DNA of 64,000 nt from Octopus sinensis (taxonomy: Eukaryota), in assembly GCF_006345805.1 (NCBI RefSeq), contig NC_042997.1:143902001-143966000 (forward strand). The letters run 5' to 3'. A model generated the notes under the pieces. That model ran no database searches. It was not told the DNA's origin and worked only from the letters and a program-made list of their open reading frames with translations. The position numbers and the translations under genes are program-made. Each line of letters opens with the position of its first letter. The first letter of the stretch is position 1. Below are positions 1 to 12,474 of the stretch, one piece after another.

Positions 1-150
1 ATCAAATATGAAGGTCAAACAGTGCGTAGCTAAGGGTTTATTGAGTTGGATGTGATTTCAAAACGACTGATTTCACGTGACTGGATATAATATTTACGAT
101 GAACTTTCAAGGTAGAAAGTGTGTCTACGTGTGTGAGAAAGAAAGAGTGA

Positions 151-218
<68 letters not shown>

Positions 219-607
219 CGGGTGGGAGAGACGAGAAAGGTGACAGAGAATATTTTTATGACGTGAGAAACCAATATGATGCAAGCAAATAGTTCCGTAC
301 AAGAGCAAATTGCAAATGATTTGCAGGAGTTCAAATAGCTGTACTGATAGTGTGCCAGCAAAAGAAGCACTGCTGGACCAATCAATTATTGATGACTGCT
401 GTTCAAGGATCTTTTGCTTCTGGTGATCAAGTGATCAAGGAAATGATCGATATTATACCTGGGCGGTAGAGAATAGTAGCTGAGTGGCGCTGTTGATGAC
501 GTCATTTGGAAGGTAGCTTATCAAATTAAGTGTCGGCAGCTTATGTTCAGTAACCCGAGATACATTAATTTCTCACATCGCACCCTAATGTTTGTGTGTG
601 TGTGTGC

Positions 608-649
<42 letters not shown>

Positions 650-944
650 CACATAAAATATGTTTGCGTGTGCCACTCTTTCTCTTTTTCTTTCTCAATA
701 TATAGTGGATATGTGTGTATGTGTGTGCGTGTGTGTGTTACGTATAGGCGTAGGCATATATATATATATGCTTGAGAAGTTTACTTTGCAGCAACCAAAT
801 GGTTGTTAGTTCGAACTCGCTGCGTAGCATGTTGCACAAAGGCATTCTACTACCTTCTGTTTTGAGGGTGAAATTTATTTTCGACGGAATCTGTACAGAA
901 GATTGTCCTATTATGCATGTTTGAATGTATGTTCTTAATCTTTT

Positions 945-1180
945 CTTTCACCTGTTTCAGACTGCGGCCATGTGGAGCAAAACTCTGAAGAACTTATTTA
1001 GTCGAACTAATCTGTCCCAAGACTTATTTTTTAAAGCCTGGTACTTATTCTATCGATTCCTTTTGCTGAAACGCTAGGTTACTGGGATGTAAATATACCG
1101 ATACCAGTCATCAAGCGATGGTAGGGACAAACGCAGACACAAAAACACGCACACGAATACACACACGCACGCACGCACGC

Positions 1181-1247
<67 letters not shown>

Positions 1248-1312
1248 TTATACGTGATAGACTTCTTCCAATTTCCGTCTACCAAATCCACTCAGAAAGA
1301 TTTGGTCGGCCT
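945..1312 (-). mobile_element. SINE family A (tRNA-like head, internal CA/TA microsatellite, CR1-like tail), partial
   Basis: Reverse complement of the body and tail of the complete copy at 13444-13848 (TTTCCGTCTACCAAATCCACTCA, CTGCGGCCATG). Confidence 0.8.
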
Positions 1313-1989
1313 GAAAACTGGTTCACATTTTTCAAAAAATTTTATGTGTTGGTCCCCTTAGACATTTTTCGATGATTCACTGTATAAAATACAGGGTAAC
1401 TAACATGGAAAAAATGGCATACATTCGTGTACCGTAATTTCCAGACTATGAACTAGGATGAGGATAACGACGACGAGAGACATGCAGACATGCGGATTGC
1501 AATAGTGGTGTGGTGAATCACGTGAGCGTAGAATACCAACAGCACATGTACGATCCACAATTAGACCTGCATATTTTCCATCGGCTAATCACACCTGTTG
1601 TACAACGAGTGTGATTAGCAAATGGTGTAGGAGAGGTGTGGAGTTTTGAGATTAACGACAAAAAAGGATGATATCATGCAAAAAAATCAAAGTCTTGAAA
1701 ATTTTAAACTTAACTGTCTCTAGTCATCCGTTTTCACGATATTTCAGCGTCCCTTCGCAGTCTCTGTAGGGACTGTGGACCGCAGTTTGAGTACCACCCA
1801 GCATGTTGCAAACATTTTTTCCGACAAGATTAGTTCACTTATTCGTCTTAGGTAAACAATTTATAAATAATTCATATTAAAAATCTTAAGGGCTTACTTT
1901 AAAACATATTTCTATTTATCGCTCCAGAGTTTTCCCTAAGTTTCATCAACAAAAAATGCAATCAGTTATGTACAACAAATGAAAGGACT

Positions 1990-2400
1990 ATGTCAATAAC
2001 CTTGCAATCGTTAAACGAGCCGAAGTCAACAGCATTGAGGCCACGCCTAAGCTGGACAGGTCATGTATGTCGCATGAATAGAATAACGCTGCCATGTCAA
2101 ATTCTCTAAAGTGAACTCAGCATCAAGAAAAGATCACAACGGCTACCTTATGCGATGTTTAAAAGACTAACAGGAATTGACGATGAAGAGCACATACTTC
2201 GACCTTAAATCCAGGGTGCAACACGCGAAAGACAGACAAACGTGGTGTTACATCAACATTGGCGTAGAACATTTTTTAGAACATCACCGAAAAAATAAAA
2301 ATGATAAACGGCTACGACGAAAGACTTGCCAACTCCAACCAAGGTGTTTACGGTCAATCAGATGTGACCTCGGTTGACAATTGTTCCATGCAAAAACTGA
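1990..2400 (+). mobile_element. RTE-clade LINE 3' ORF fragment, degraded
   Basis: Frameshifted translation KRAEVNSIEA..LSWTGHVCRM..LP.QIL.SEL..KRS..FKD..AKDRQTW resembles the RTE/BovB C-terminal region. Confidence 0.7.
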
Positions 2401-3632
2401 TTTTTCCAGTCATGAGAGGTACCGATACAAATAAGGAAGCACAAACGAAGAAAGAAATAGTCGGAAACTTGGAGGGACCTTCGCCACCGTAGTAGCCTTC
2501 GCCACGACGACGACGACGACGACTATCCCTTTAACATAATTAATTAATTTTTCTTTAATTATTTTTTTCAATTATTTCCTTTTCAAATACATTTTCTGTG
2601 GCTACATCATTTATTTTTCTATGTAACACCTGTGGTCTGTCCGGATCTTACTTTAATATCAATATTCCCAACAAAATTTTCTCCTTCTTAATTTGATAGT
2701 ACAACTACTATACATCTAATTTCTTTTGGCAATAATTGGTATAATACATACACATTTTCTTAATTGGAAATCATCATGTATAAGATACTTTTTAAAAAAC
2801 AAAATCACATGCGCATTTTTACTTTACTTGTATAATTTGTACAAGTTATCACGATTCCGCGCACGATTATTAAGAGGTAATCAATAATCTACCTATTATA
2901 TTGGATTCTAGATGGATTTTTACTACCTCGCTTTATGCACCAATACATTAATACATACATTTTCCAATAAGCACATTGTGAAATATCGTTTATGAACTGT
3001 TATTTATACATCGAGCCCTATAGACCCAATTTTTGCTGATATACGTTTTATTAAATTGCGTAATGTTTGGATCGCTTAGCGTCGATCCTAACACAACAAA
3101 CCATAAACTATTTCTATCAAAACATAATTTTATCTGTTCAACAATATAGCTAGTGGAATTTTTAACACATCTCTTTAAATTGATCTAAGGTCCTTTGGTT
3201 CTTTAAATCGAAATAATAAAACCAGCCATAGTTCAGATCTAATCTCATATATTTTTCAGTTCTTGTTAAAGTTATGTGTACATATTCGAGCATAATTTAG
3301 GTGGACGTAAAGAGAATGGTTTAAGATAGCGACCAAAGAAAATATTTTTTCATGTTTTCTAGTATATTAACTAAACAAATTTTTATCATATTTCTGATTT
3401 ATTTTTAGAGGCTATTTTCTAAATTATAAAAATAGGAACAACATTAAGTTTTTCTCTTAAATTGCTTAACGCTCTTGTTATTTGCATCATACACAGTTAA
3501 CTTTATTTTAAATAGATGAAAGATATCCATTACATTGGTTTGTAACGCCTTTGATTTTTAAAGGTTTTTAGGCTAATTTTATGGCGCTGATTCTAAATAC
3601 GATATCAGTTTTGTTTCTCACAGCAGCACCAT

Positions 3633-3671
3633 TTTGGGTGCTTAGTGATTATAAGCAACTAAGCACCCAAA
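3633..3671. repeat. Near-perfect palindrome
   Basis: TTTGGGTGCTTAGT-gattataagca-ACTAAGCACCCAAA: 14-bp perfect arms with a quasi-palindromic centre. Confidence 0.9.
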
Positions 3672-4476
3672 TGTGGGTGATGCAAAATTATACATTTTTT
3701 GGTGTCATAGGAAAAATAAACCAATGGAAATGGTATCTACAAGGTAAAAGTCAAGTTAATATCTCACAAGGCCTCGATGACATAACGAACTAGTTGCTTT
3801 ATTACAGTGAAAAACACAGAAAACACGGCTGCAAAGTAATAAATAGGTTAATAATAAAGAGGGATAATGAATCATGCCAGAAACGTTTTCCTGATTTCCT
3901 CCTTAAAACAGAAAAGTATTTGGTATAGGTTCTTAAGATAAAGTATTGCCGTGAAAGGTTATAAAGCAGGTAAGCACTTTCGGAAAATAGCATGCAAACT
4001 TTGAATAGTTATAGGAGTTGGAGAACTGTTTGATATATATATCTTTCTCAGGCAGTTTTCCCATTTTAATTTATCGAGTAAGGTTGTAATGCATGCGCCT
4101 TCTTATAAAGAATAGCATGTGAACCTTGTAAGGCTATGGGATTGGGAGGACAGTTTCAGATGCATCAAGTTTTCCAAGCTGCTTTGTATACATTTATAAT
4201 CAAGATGGCTGCTGACATAAGCTTCCCTATTTATTTCAGTATTAGTTGACTGTATCTTCACATACTCTGGCCAGACAAAAATAGGCATTATACTGCTTTT
4301 CTGGGTTGTCACTCATTCTCTAAATTGTAAGGATTCAAGACACACCATAAGCATTTTACTCAGTCTGCTGAGTAAATACGAAGTAACGTATCAAAAATGA
4401 AAATGGAATGAGTTTTTCTGTGCTGCAGTTTTGGAGAGAATCAACAAACCATAATCAAGAATTCTATTTTTCTATG

Positions 4477-4520
4477 ATTTAATCTAGTATCTAGACATAT
4501 GTCTAGATACTAGATTAAAT
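4477..4520. repeat. Perfect 44-bp palindrome
   Basis: ATTTAATCTAGTATCTAGACATATGTCTAGATACTAGATTAAAT equals its own reverse complement. Confidence 0.95.
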
Positions 4521-5709
4521 ATGATTTGGTCAACAATATAGTTACAATAAACTTCCCTGTCTTTTAAAAAATATTTCTGAGAGAGCAGAGTTAAAAGAGA
4601 TACAAATAAAAAATATTAAAGAATAATAAAAATATTAATATATATACAAAATATTAGAAAACAATAAAAAAAAAGAAAGAAACATATCAGAAAGTTCTCC
4701 AATCGTAGTATGATAGGAGCAGCCCGTAAGTGTAGGATTGAAAATATGTGCATACGAGGAATAAGAACATGGCATATAGAGTGTAATGATAGAAAATATA
4801 GGATATAAAGGATTAAAATGATTATTAGCAGATGGAAGGTCCAACTGGTGGCGTACAGACATACCCCCACCATTCATCCTAGATCGTTACTAGCACTAAT
4901 TTAATTTTAATAAGCTGTGGGCTGTTGTGGAGGAGTATCAATGTCAAGGACCGATACTGAATTTTAAGATATTAGAATGTAAGTTACACTAACAAAAAAT
5001 CTTGGCTTAGAAAACTTTACCAAAAGTACTATTGTATTTGTACGGGGAAGTAATTAAGATCTCATTTATCTAAATTATTCTGTAAGTTATGATTTCAGGC
5101 GCTTCAAGTAAGAGTAAATTGCGCTGACTCCCGCTACCCATGTTGGTAAAAGCGGTTCTTGTCCCAGACCAAAAAATTCCGTATGCGAGTTGCCATTTTT
5201 AAAGTCCCATATATTTCAGCCAAGGATGTAGATCTGCACATACTTGAGTTCTTGGATGAGTGGACACATTTATAAAATAACCATATAATATAGTAACATG
5301 TTAAAATAATAATTTATTTTATTTATGCATTCGCTCATTCCAAGCAACTCTTTTGGGATTTTTCCATTTTCATATTTGCACTTTTACCTTTTTACCTTTT
5401 ATTCATTTTCTTCTTTCACCCTCTTTTCGTCGACCACTGTATATAAGGATTTCAATATATGGTGTCAAGGATCACCGATATCGTTTAATTTTCTGACTAT
5501 ACTGTGTTACTCAACTTTCACACGCTCTATTAGAATACATATCATACAACTAAATCGTCTACTTCAATTTTATAATTATCATCACAGCATCCCTCAGTGG
5601 CTTGCCCTACAAATTTATTGCCTGTAACTTTTGACTTTGAACCTATTCGTACCAAACACCCTTATATGGCAGCTTACCGTATTCTCACCCTAGAATTTCG
5701 TTTCTTTTT

Positions 5710-5734
5710 CTCATCATCATTATTAGTACTGCTG

Positions 5735-5789
<55 letters not shown>

Positions 5790-5903
5790 AACCATCATCA
5801 TTGTCGTCATCGCTGTCATTGTCATCGTAATCGTCATCATTATCATTGTATTAGTAGTATAATTTTTAATAGCTTTATGGTTGTTATTATTATTATTGTT
5901 GTT

Positions 5904-5974
<71 letters not shown>

Positions 5975-5980
5975 CAATAA
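5710..5980. repeat. (ATC)n and (AAT)n microsatellites
   Basis: Direct reading. Confidence 0.95.
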
Positions 5981-5989
5981 TTTAATCTG

Positions 5990-6258
5990 TAAATATTGTC
6001 AAAAGTGTTTTTAAATATACATAGTAGCAAACACATTTTACTGTTATTTTAAGATCATTCTATCAACTAATCAAATTTTAAAGCAAACTTCTAACTTTCT
6101 TGTTTTGATAGACATTCTCTTGATAAAAACTGTGTGCAAAGCCAAAAATATGGCACCCTAGCCATAACACAAACTTGAACTTCTAACTTGTTGTTTCTTG
6201 GGGTCTTCGGGGTGAGACTTGGAATCAACTTGTACAAATACAAAACAAAAGCCAAACA

Positions 6259-6260
<2 letters not shown>
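5990..6260 (+). mobile_element. 5'-truncated R4/Dong-like LINE 3' end in (TAA)n
   Basis: Flanked by (TAA)n on both sides. The 3' end GGGTGAGACTTGGAATCAACTTGTACAAATACAAAACAAAAG runs into the TAA array. Dong elements are known to target TAA repeats. Confidence 0.5.
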
Positions 6261-6319
<59 letters not shown>

Positions 6320-6899
6320 GTAGTAGTAGTAGAAATTGTTCTGATTTGTCTCTATATAAAAAAGGCCAACTGTATGTCTCAAATACTGCGCAGAGAGTCA
6401 CGAGTTGATGCTTGTTTAATGAGGTGCCACTCCAGCTTATTCAACCACGCATGTTGTGTAATCTTTCACACGGAACCTTTCACATATGATGTATCAGAAA
6501 CGGAGTGGTACAAAAACAATTATAACGAACATCAAAGCTGTACTGTATAATTACAACAACTAATTTACAAACGAGCAACTTTCCCATACGCTAAATTTCT
6601 GAAATTTGAAATGCATTTATTTCTAACGTGATACACAAATTCGTAGACCAGAAACTCTCCTGGTGCGCCGCCATCCTCAATATAGACAAGCTACTGATAT
6701 AAATTGCAAAATACTTTTATTCTCAAAGCACAGCTCAATGTTATTACTTATATAAAACGTTATTTTTTCAGGCTACATATTAAATTTTATTTAAATTAAA
6801 AATGTATTATTCAAATTTTCTAGATGTCTATTTTGACAAGGAGGAAAAGAAGTAAATTCAGCTAAATAATTTATTGAAATTTTTACATCTTTTCTTTCT

Positions 6900-7655
6900 A
6901 TTATCTTTCTCTTATTTGTTTCAGTCGTTAGATTGATGCCATACTGGGGGCACAGCCTTGAAGAATTTTATTCCAATGAATCAATCCCAGTACTGTTTAA
7001 AAAATTTTTTTAAAGCCTATTACTTATTTTGTGGAGGCGCAATGGCCCAGTGGTTAGGGCAGCGGACACGCGGTCCGAAGATCGCGGTTTCGATTCCCAG
7101 ACCGGGCATTGTGTGTGTTTATTGAGCGAAATCACCTAAAGCTCCACGAGGCTCCAGCAGGGGGTGGTGGTGACCCCTGTTGTACTCTTTCGCCCCAACT
7201 TTCTCTCACTCTCTGTTCCTGTTTCTTGAGTAACGCTGCGATGGACTGGCGTCCCGTCCAGCTGGGGGGAACACATACGCCACAGAAACCGGGAAACCGG
7301 GCCCATGAGCCTGGCTAGGCTTGAAAAGGGCGCATATATAAAAAAATTTATTTTATCAGCTCTTTTGCCGAACCACCAAGTTACGGGGAATAAAACAAAC
7401 AGCACCAGTTGTCAAGTGGTGGTGGTTGGGAAACAAACATTGATACAAAGACACACACATAGACACACGCACACACGCACACATATACACACACACACAC
7501 GCGCAGTGGGATCCTTTCAGTTTCGATCTACCGAATCCACTCACAAAGTTTTGGTCGGCTCGAGACTATAGTAGAAAACACTTGGCTAAGGTGCCACACG
7601 ATAAAACTGAACCCAGAATCATGTGTTTGGAAAACAAACTTCTTACCTCACACTC
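6900..7655 (-). mobile_element. SINE family A copy, interrupted by a family C SINE
   Basis: Tail at 6900-7030 and body plus head at 7355-7655 are contiguous once the insertion is removed. Confidence 0.8.
7031..7347 (+). mobile_element. SINE family C (tRNA head, V-domain-like core)
   Basis: A box TGGCCCAGTGGTTAG, B box GTTTCGATTCC, core GCGATGGACTGGCGTCCCGTCCAG; TTATTTT on both sides as a possible TSD. Confidence 0.85.
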
Positions 7656-7684
7656 ACTTCTTTCCCAAAATAACCGTTAATAAC

Positions 7685-7972
7685 TGTGATGTATGCGGGA
7701 GATTTGAAATAAAGACACCTACCTTCTCTTCGTCGACGTAGACCTCCCCGGCGGTAACGCACCCTTCCACGTGGCCCGACCCGAACGCTAGAAATAACAG
7801 CTGCTTTTCCCTTACCTTGACAAAGCGCTCCCACGTCCAGCTCTGTCGGCTACCCCGATCGAAACGGCCCAATGCTTCCCTGCCTGTGCGCGCGTCACTC
7901 CTGTCCCTTCCTCTTCCGGTCAGTCTCAAGTTCCGGTCAGTTCCCCAGCTGCTGACGTCATCCCATGATAAC
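7685..7972 (-). promoter_or_regulatory. CpG-rich island: candidate promoter/first exon, or solo LTR
   Basis: GC- and CpG-rich in AT-rich context; TGACGTCA (CRE-like), two ACCGGAA (ETS-like), and two minus-strand donor-like sites AAG|GTAAGG (about 7816) and AAG|GTAGGT (about 7723). Confidence 0.35.
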
Positions 7973-8559
7973 GAATTTAAAATCATTTATAAAAATCAGT
8001 GTCTTTTAGTCTTAAATTCATAAACTATGAGAATATTGTTCCATTCAATCACAGGGATATAAAGCTTTTCATAATATACCAGAAAAGTTTCGCCCAACTT
8101 TCACCTCTTACATGTCCCGTATCTCCTTACCTTTACCATATATGGAAAAAAGGAGGAAATATATGAAATATAAGTTCATTTTGGCCATTTCTATTGGGCT
8201 TTTGTAATATTATTTATAGTCAGTGCTATTTCGTCTATTACATTTTAATTGTCCCTTCGTCGTTCCTACAACATGCTTATATATTATCAATATGTTTCTT
8301 GTAATAGAGTCTGAAAAGTCAAACTTGGCTGACATTCCAAAGTTACTGTCGCCTCTGAGAAACAGCTCTTGGGTGTTTTATGTATTGAATTTTAGATTCA
8401 GTTCTACAGGCACGCGCTCCCACCACACATTCATACATATATACAAATATATACATATATTGTGTGTGCGTATACATATGTATGTGTACACACACACAAA
8501 CACACACACACACACACATACACACACATATATATATATATATTATATATATATATATA

Positions 8560-8625
8560 GTTAATCCAAACATGAAAACACAACAACGCGAGGACGTGGA
8601 ACAAGTATAGTATCATTGGACGCTA
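8560..8625 (-). mobile_element. Partial PLE terminal-repeat (pLTR-like) copy
   Basis: Reverse complement of the 3' part of 57170-57378 (GTTCCACGTCCTCGCGTTGTTGTG). Confidence 0.75.
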
Positions 8626-8834
8626 CACATCTATAAACTTAAAATATTTCTTCGATATTATTCATAGAGCATTCTCTGTATATCGACAAATCATCGAACG
8701 TACAGTTTCCTTTGCGGAATAAAAATATTTTTCAAGGTTATTGTTATCTCGTGTTGTTCTATGGTGGCCTATATTAATAAATAAGCTCCTTTTTTTTTAC
8801 TGCAGATTTCTTTTTAAACATAAGCTAAGAATAA

Positions 8835-9720
8835 ATGAATGCGAAAAAAAACATATTAACATTTCTGTGAAAAACATTCGTATACTTTTAAATAAAGTCT
8901 TAAAATGCTTACATCAATAACGGAGAGTTTTAGCGAAAAGATTAGGTAGAAAATTGAATTCTATTTTAGGGAACTTTCCTAATGAAACAACGAAAAACAA
9001 ATAGGCTTTTACAAAGTTAAAATATCATCCGTTTAATAATATATTTCAAATATTCCAACATGTTCTATTTTCGGCGATTAAAATATCAAATTCAGAAGAA
9101 ACATTAATCTTTTCTGGAAAGAAATTCAGAATAGGATTAAAAAATTAAAACCAAACAATACATTTGCTAATTTTGATTAAAATAAAAAGCGCACAAAGGA
9201 AAAAGGGGGAAAAAAAAGCATCACCTATTTCTTTCAAATTCAGTGACTAATCTACCTAACGAACAAGCTGTTCTGTGGTAAAGGGCATAAATAGTAGTAC
9301 TGCTAAAATATTGCCATTCAGCTTGACGTAGATGACAGAACCGAAACACTGGACAAAGAAGAATCGTACGTCACATTTAATGATCATGAATTCAACTTCA
9401 CCAAATATCTTTCAACTAGCATTATTAACCCTTCCCAAACAGATTTAGGTATTGTTAATCTCAAGCTTAAATCACACTTCTTTGAGATGAATTGAATACA
9501 GTAATACAATGGTTTCAAGCTATCCAAAAGACTGGCATTTCTCTCTATTTGATATAAAAGATTACTATACTCAATCACTGAACCTAGTCTTCAGCTGCAC
9601 TTAACCAACCAAAACCAGCCACCATTATTAAGAACAAAGACATTGACATTTGTGAAACAAACTAGAAAATCAATTCTTTACTGTAACAACTCTAGAAAAT
9701 GTTGTCATAGAAACATTACA
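8835..9720 (+). pseudogene. Penelope-like element reverse transcriptase ORF, N-terminal half, disrupted
   Basis: SVKNI.., NIKFRRN, IAIQLDVDDRTETLDKEESYVTFNDHEFNFTKYLSTSIINPSQTDLG, VIQWFQAI and FDIKDYY.SITE match PLE RT motifs (LKDHKxNF, LINPSKSEIG, FDIxxFYPSI). Confidence 0.8.
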
Positions 9721-9875
9721 GAAATATTAACTGAATAAATAGTTATTCGTTGAGTTGTTTTTCTTTGTATTTATAATGAATAAAATCAATTATTTATTTA
9801 TACATCTGTATACATATATGTATGTAAATATATATACATATAAATACATACACATACATATACATATACATATAC

Positions 9876-9943
<68 letters not shown>

Positions 9944-10061
9944 TGTATGTGTGTCTGTATGTGTGTGTGTGTGTGTGTGTGTGTGAGTGTATAAATACTG
10001 ATATACATATATACATATATATACTTATACACACACACGCACATATACATACATACATACA

Positions 10062-10092
<31 letters not shown>

Positions 10093-10280
10093 GATTAAAA
10101 ACATGATTTGCAATCTATTTCAGTATTATTTAAAAAAAAATTTTGCTTTAAAACAATTTTTTAAAACACTTTCCATGTGAAGTGTGTCTGTTAATTTTTT
10201 CTTTGATCTTCGCTGAAATAAACACAGCAAGATCTCAATACCATGACACTATTTATGCATGGCAACGGAATAATATTTGT

Positions 10281-11315
10281 TTCTAATTTAAGTACAACGA
10301 CGGCAATTTCGAGAGAAAATGGAGGGAAGTTAGTTGATACCATTTACCCTAATATTTGACTGCTACTTTATTTTATCCACCCCGAAAAGAAGAAAGGCAA
10401 AATTTACTTTGGTGGGATTTAACCTCAAAATGTAAAGAGAAAGAAGAAATACCGCAGTGCATTTTTCTAAGGCTCTAACGAGTCTGCCATTTCATCCTGC
10501 TTGGCGACAGAATAATACCTGCTTCTGATTTAGGCATTCGACGAGCAAATTTGAGGCGAGGAACTTTGTCGATAACATCAACTCCGGCTCTTGACTGGTA
10601 CATATTTTATAATCTGAACTGCAGGATTTGAATTCAGAAATTAAAGGGCCGAAATAAAAACCGCAAATCATTTTTACCGAAGCTCTGATCATTCTACTAG
10701 TAAAATAAGTATTTCTAGTTTAGGCATAAGACCAGCAAATTTTGAAGGAAGGTTAGCGGTCGATTCCATCACCATCAATAAATTACTGCTACTTTATTTT
10801 ATTGATCCCCTCAGGGATGAAAGGCAAAGTTGACCACGGCGGGATTTGAACATAGGACGTAAAGTGATGAAGCGAATGCCGCAAAATACATAGTTCTTGG
10901 TAACAGAATAATAATCCTTTCTACTATAGACACAAGGCTTGACATTTTTGGTGGGAGGGGACTAGTGTATTACATCGATCCCAGTTTCCCTGGCACTTAA
11001 TTTATTGACCCAGAAAGGATGAATGCCAAAATAGACCTTGGTGGAATTTGAACTCATAACGTAGCGGCAGACGAAATACCTATTTCTTTTACTACCCACA
11101 AGGGGATAAACACAGAGAATACAAACAAGGACAGACAAACGGATTAAGTCGATTATATCGACTCCAGTACGTAACTGGTACTTATTTAATCGACCCCGAA
11201 AGGATGAAAGGCAAAGTCGACCTCAGCGGAATTTGAACTCAGAACATAACGGCAGACGAAATACGGCTACGCATTTCGTTCGGCGTGCTAACGTTTCTAC
11301 CAGCTCGCCGTCTTA

Positions 11316-11357
<42 letters not shown>

Positions 11358-11537
11358 CCTTTCTACTCTAATTACAAAGCCCAAAATTTTTGGGGAGGAG
11401 GCCAGTCGATTAGATCGACCCCAGTACACAACTGGTACTTAATTTATCGACCCCGAAAGAATGAAAGGCAAATTACCGCTAAGCATTTCGCTCGGCGTGC
11501 TAACGTTTCTGGCAGCTTGCCGCCTTAAGTAATAATA

Positions 11538-11592
<55 letters not shown>

Positions 11593-12286
11593 GTCCATCT
11601 CGATAAATTTACGTCATCTACAAAAACCCATTTATTTTAATTTTTATAGTTTTTTTTTGTATACAGAAGAGGAAACAGCCTAGTTTAACAAATAAACAAG
11701 AGGGATCTTAGAGACCTATTGTCTGAAAGGAGACAAGAGAGCTTCGTCATTCCTCATATTGGTTTCAAATTTTGTTACAAGGCCAGTAATTTCGGGGAGA
11801 GATCAAGTCGATTACCTCGACATCAGGCCTCAGCTAGTACTTATTCCATTGACCCCGAGAGGACGAAAGGTAAAGTCGACCTTGGTGGAATTTGAACTCA
11901 GAGCATCAAGACCAGTGGTTTTCAACCGGGGTTCATATGATCCCTGAGGGTCCATATAAGATTTTGGGGGATCCATGCAACAAAATTATAAATTGGGGAT
12001 CCACAATAATATTTTAAGGGTCCCTGAAAATGTTTTGCTTTAAATGTATGTATAGGTATGTATTGTAAGAAACAACTAGGTTTCTTTCTGTAACATTTTA
12101 GTTAGTTCAACCTACATTAGTAGTTTTTAAACATTGAATGGCTATGGAGGGGGCGGGGCACCAGAATAAAGTAGTAATCAAAAGGGTCTCTAGATGAAAA
12201 ATGGTCGACAATTCCTAATCAAGACGAAAGAAATGCCGCTAAGCATTTTGCCCGGCCTGATATCGGTTCAACCAGCTCGCCTCCTT
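10281..12286 (-). mobile_element. Stack of about seven co-oriented SINE family B copies (Meta-domain-like core)
   Basis: Repeated GAAAGGATGAAAGGCAAAGTCGACC..GGAATTTGAACTCAG with varying divergence at about 10281-10495, 10520-10700, 10712-10885, 10915-11080, 11081-11312, 11356-11526 and 11758-12286. Confidence 0.85.
11913..12217 (+). mobile_element. hAT-type MITE nested in a SINE
   Basis: Left TIR CAGTGGTTTTCAACC, degenerate right TIR, 8-bp TSD ATCAAGAC at 11905-11912 and 12218-12225; the host SINE resumes in register. Confidence 0.9.
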
Positions 12287-12341
12287 ACGACATCATTCAC
12301 ATTGGGAGGATACCTGTGAGGGTAAGAAGTAAGATTTATTA

Positions 12342-12383
<42 letters not shown>

Positions 12384-12474
12384 GCGTACACACACACATA
12401 TAAGACGGTGCTCCAGCATAGCAGCAGTCTAATGACTGAAACAAGTAAAAAAGATTTTAAAAATTATATACGTA

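Larger units (their letters stand above)
2530..5300 (-). pseudogene. Ancient L1/Tx1-type ORF2 remnant (APE endonuclease, RT, zf-RVT)
   Basis: Minus-strand motif remnants in the expected order: GDF(K) at about 5200, LDYK at about 4200, TKYFSVLR..IR..DSLS..LQP at about 3830-3920, LK...KSKAL at about 3550-3575, RDNLYK...CDF at about 2800-2855. Many stops and frameshifts. Confidence 0.55.

Noticed and set aside
320-470. Possible coding exon after TTGCAG
   Set aside because: Short open frames with no recognisable homology, a poor pyrimidine tract and no convincing donor.
7031-7105. tRNA gene (also 25896, 39100, 59230-59307)
   Set aside because: A and B boxes are present, but they continue into SINE bodies with TSDs and lack a proper acceptor stem.
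10281-12286. CRISPR-like or satellite array
   Set aside because: Eukaryotic context; the units are diverged SINE copies with irregular spacing.
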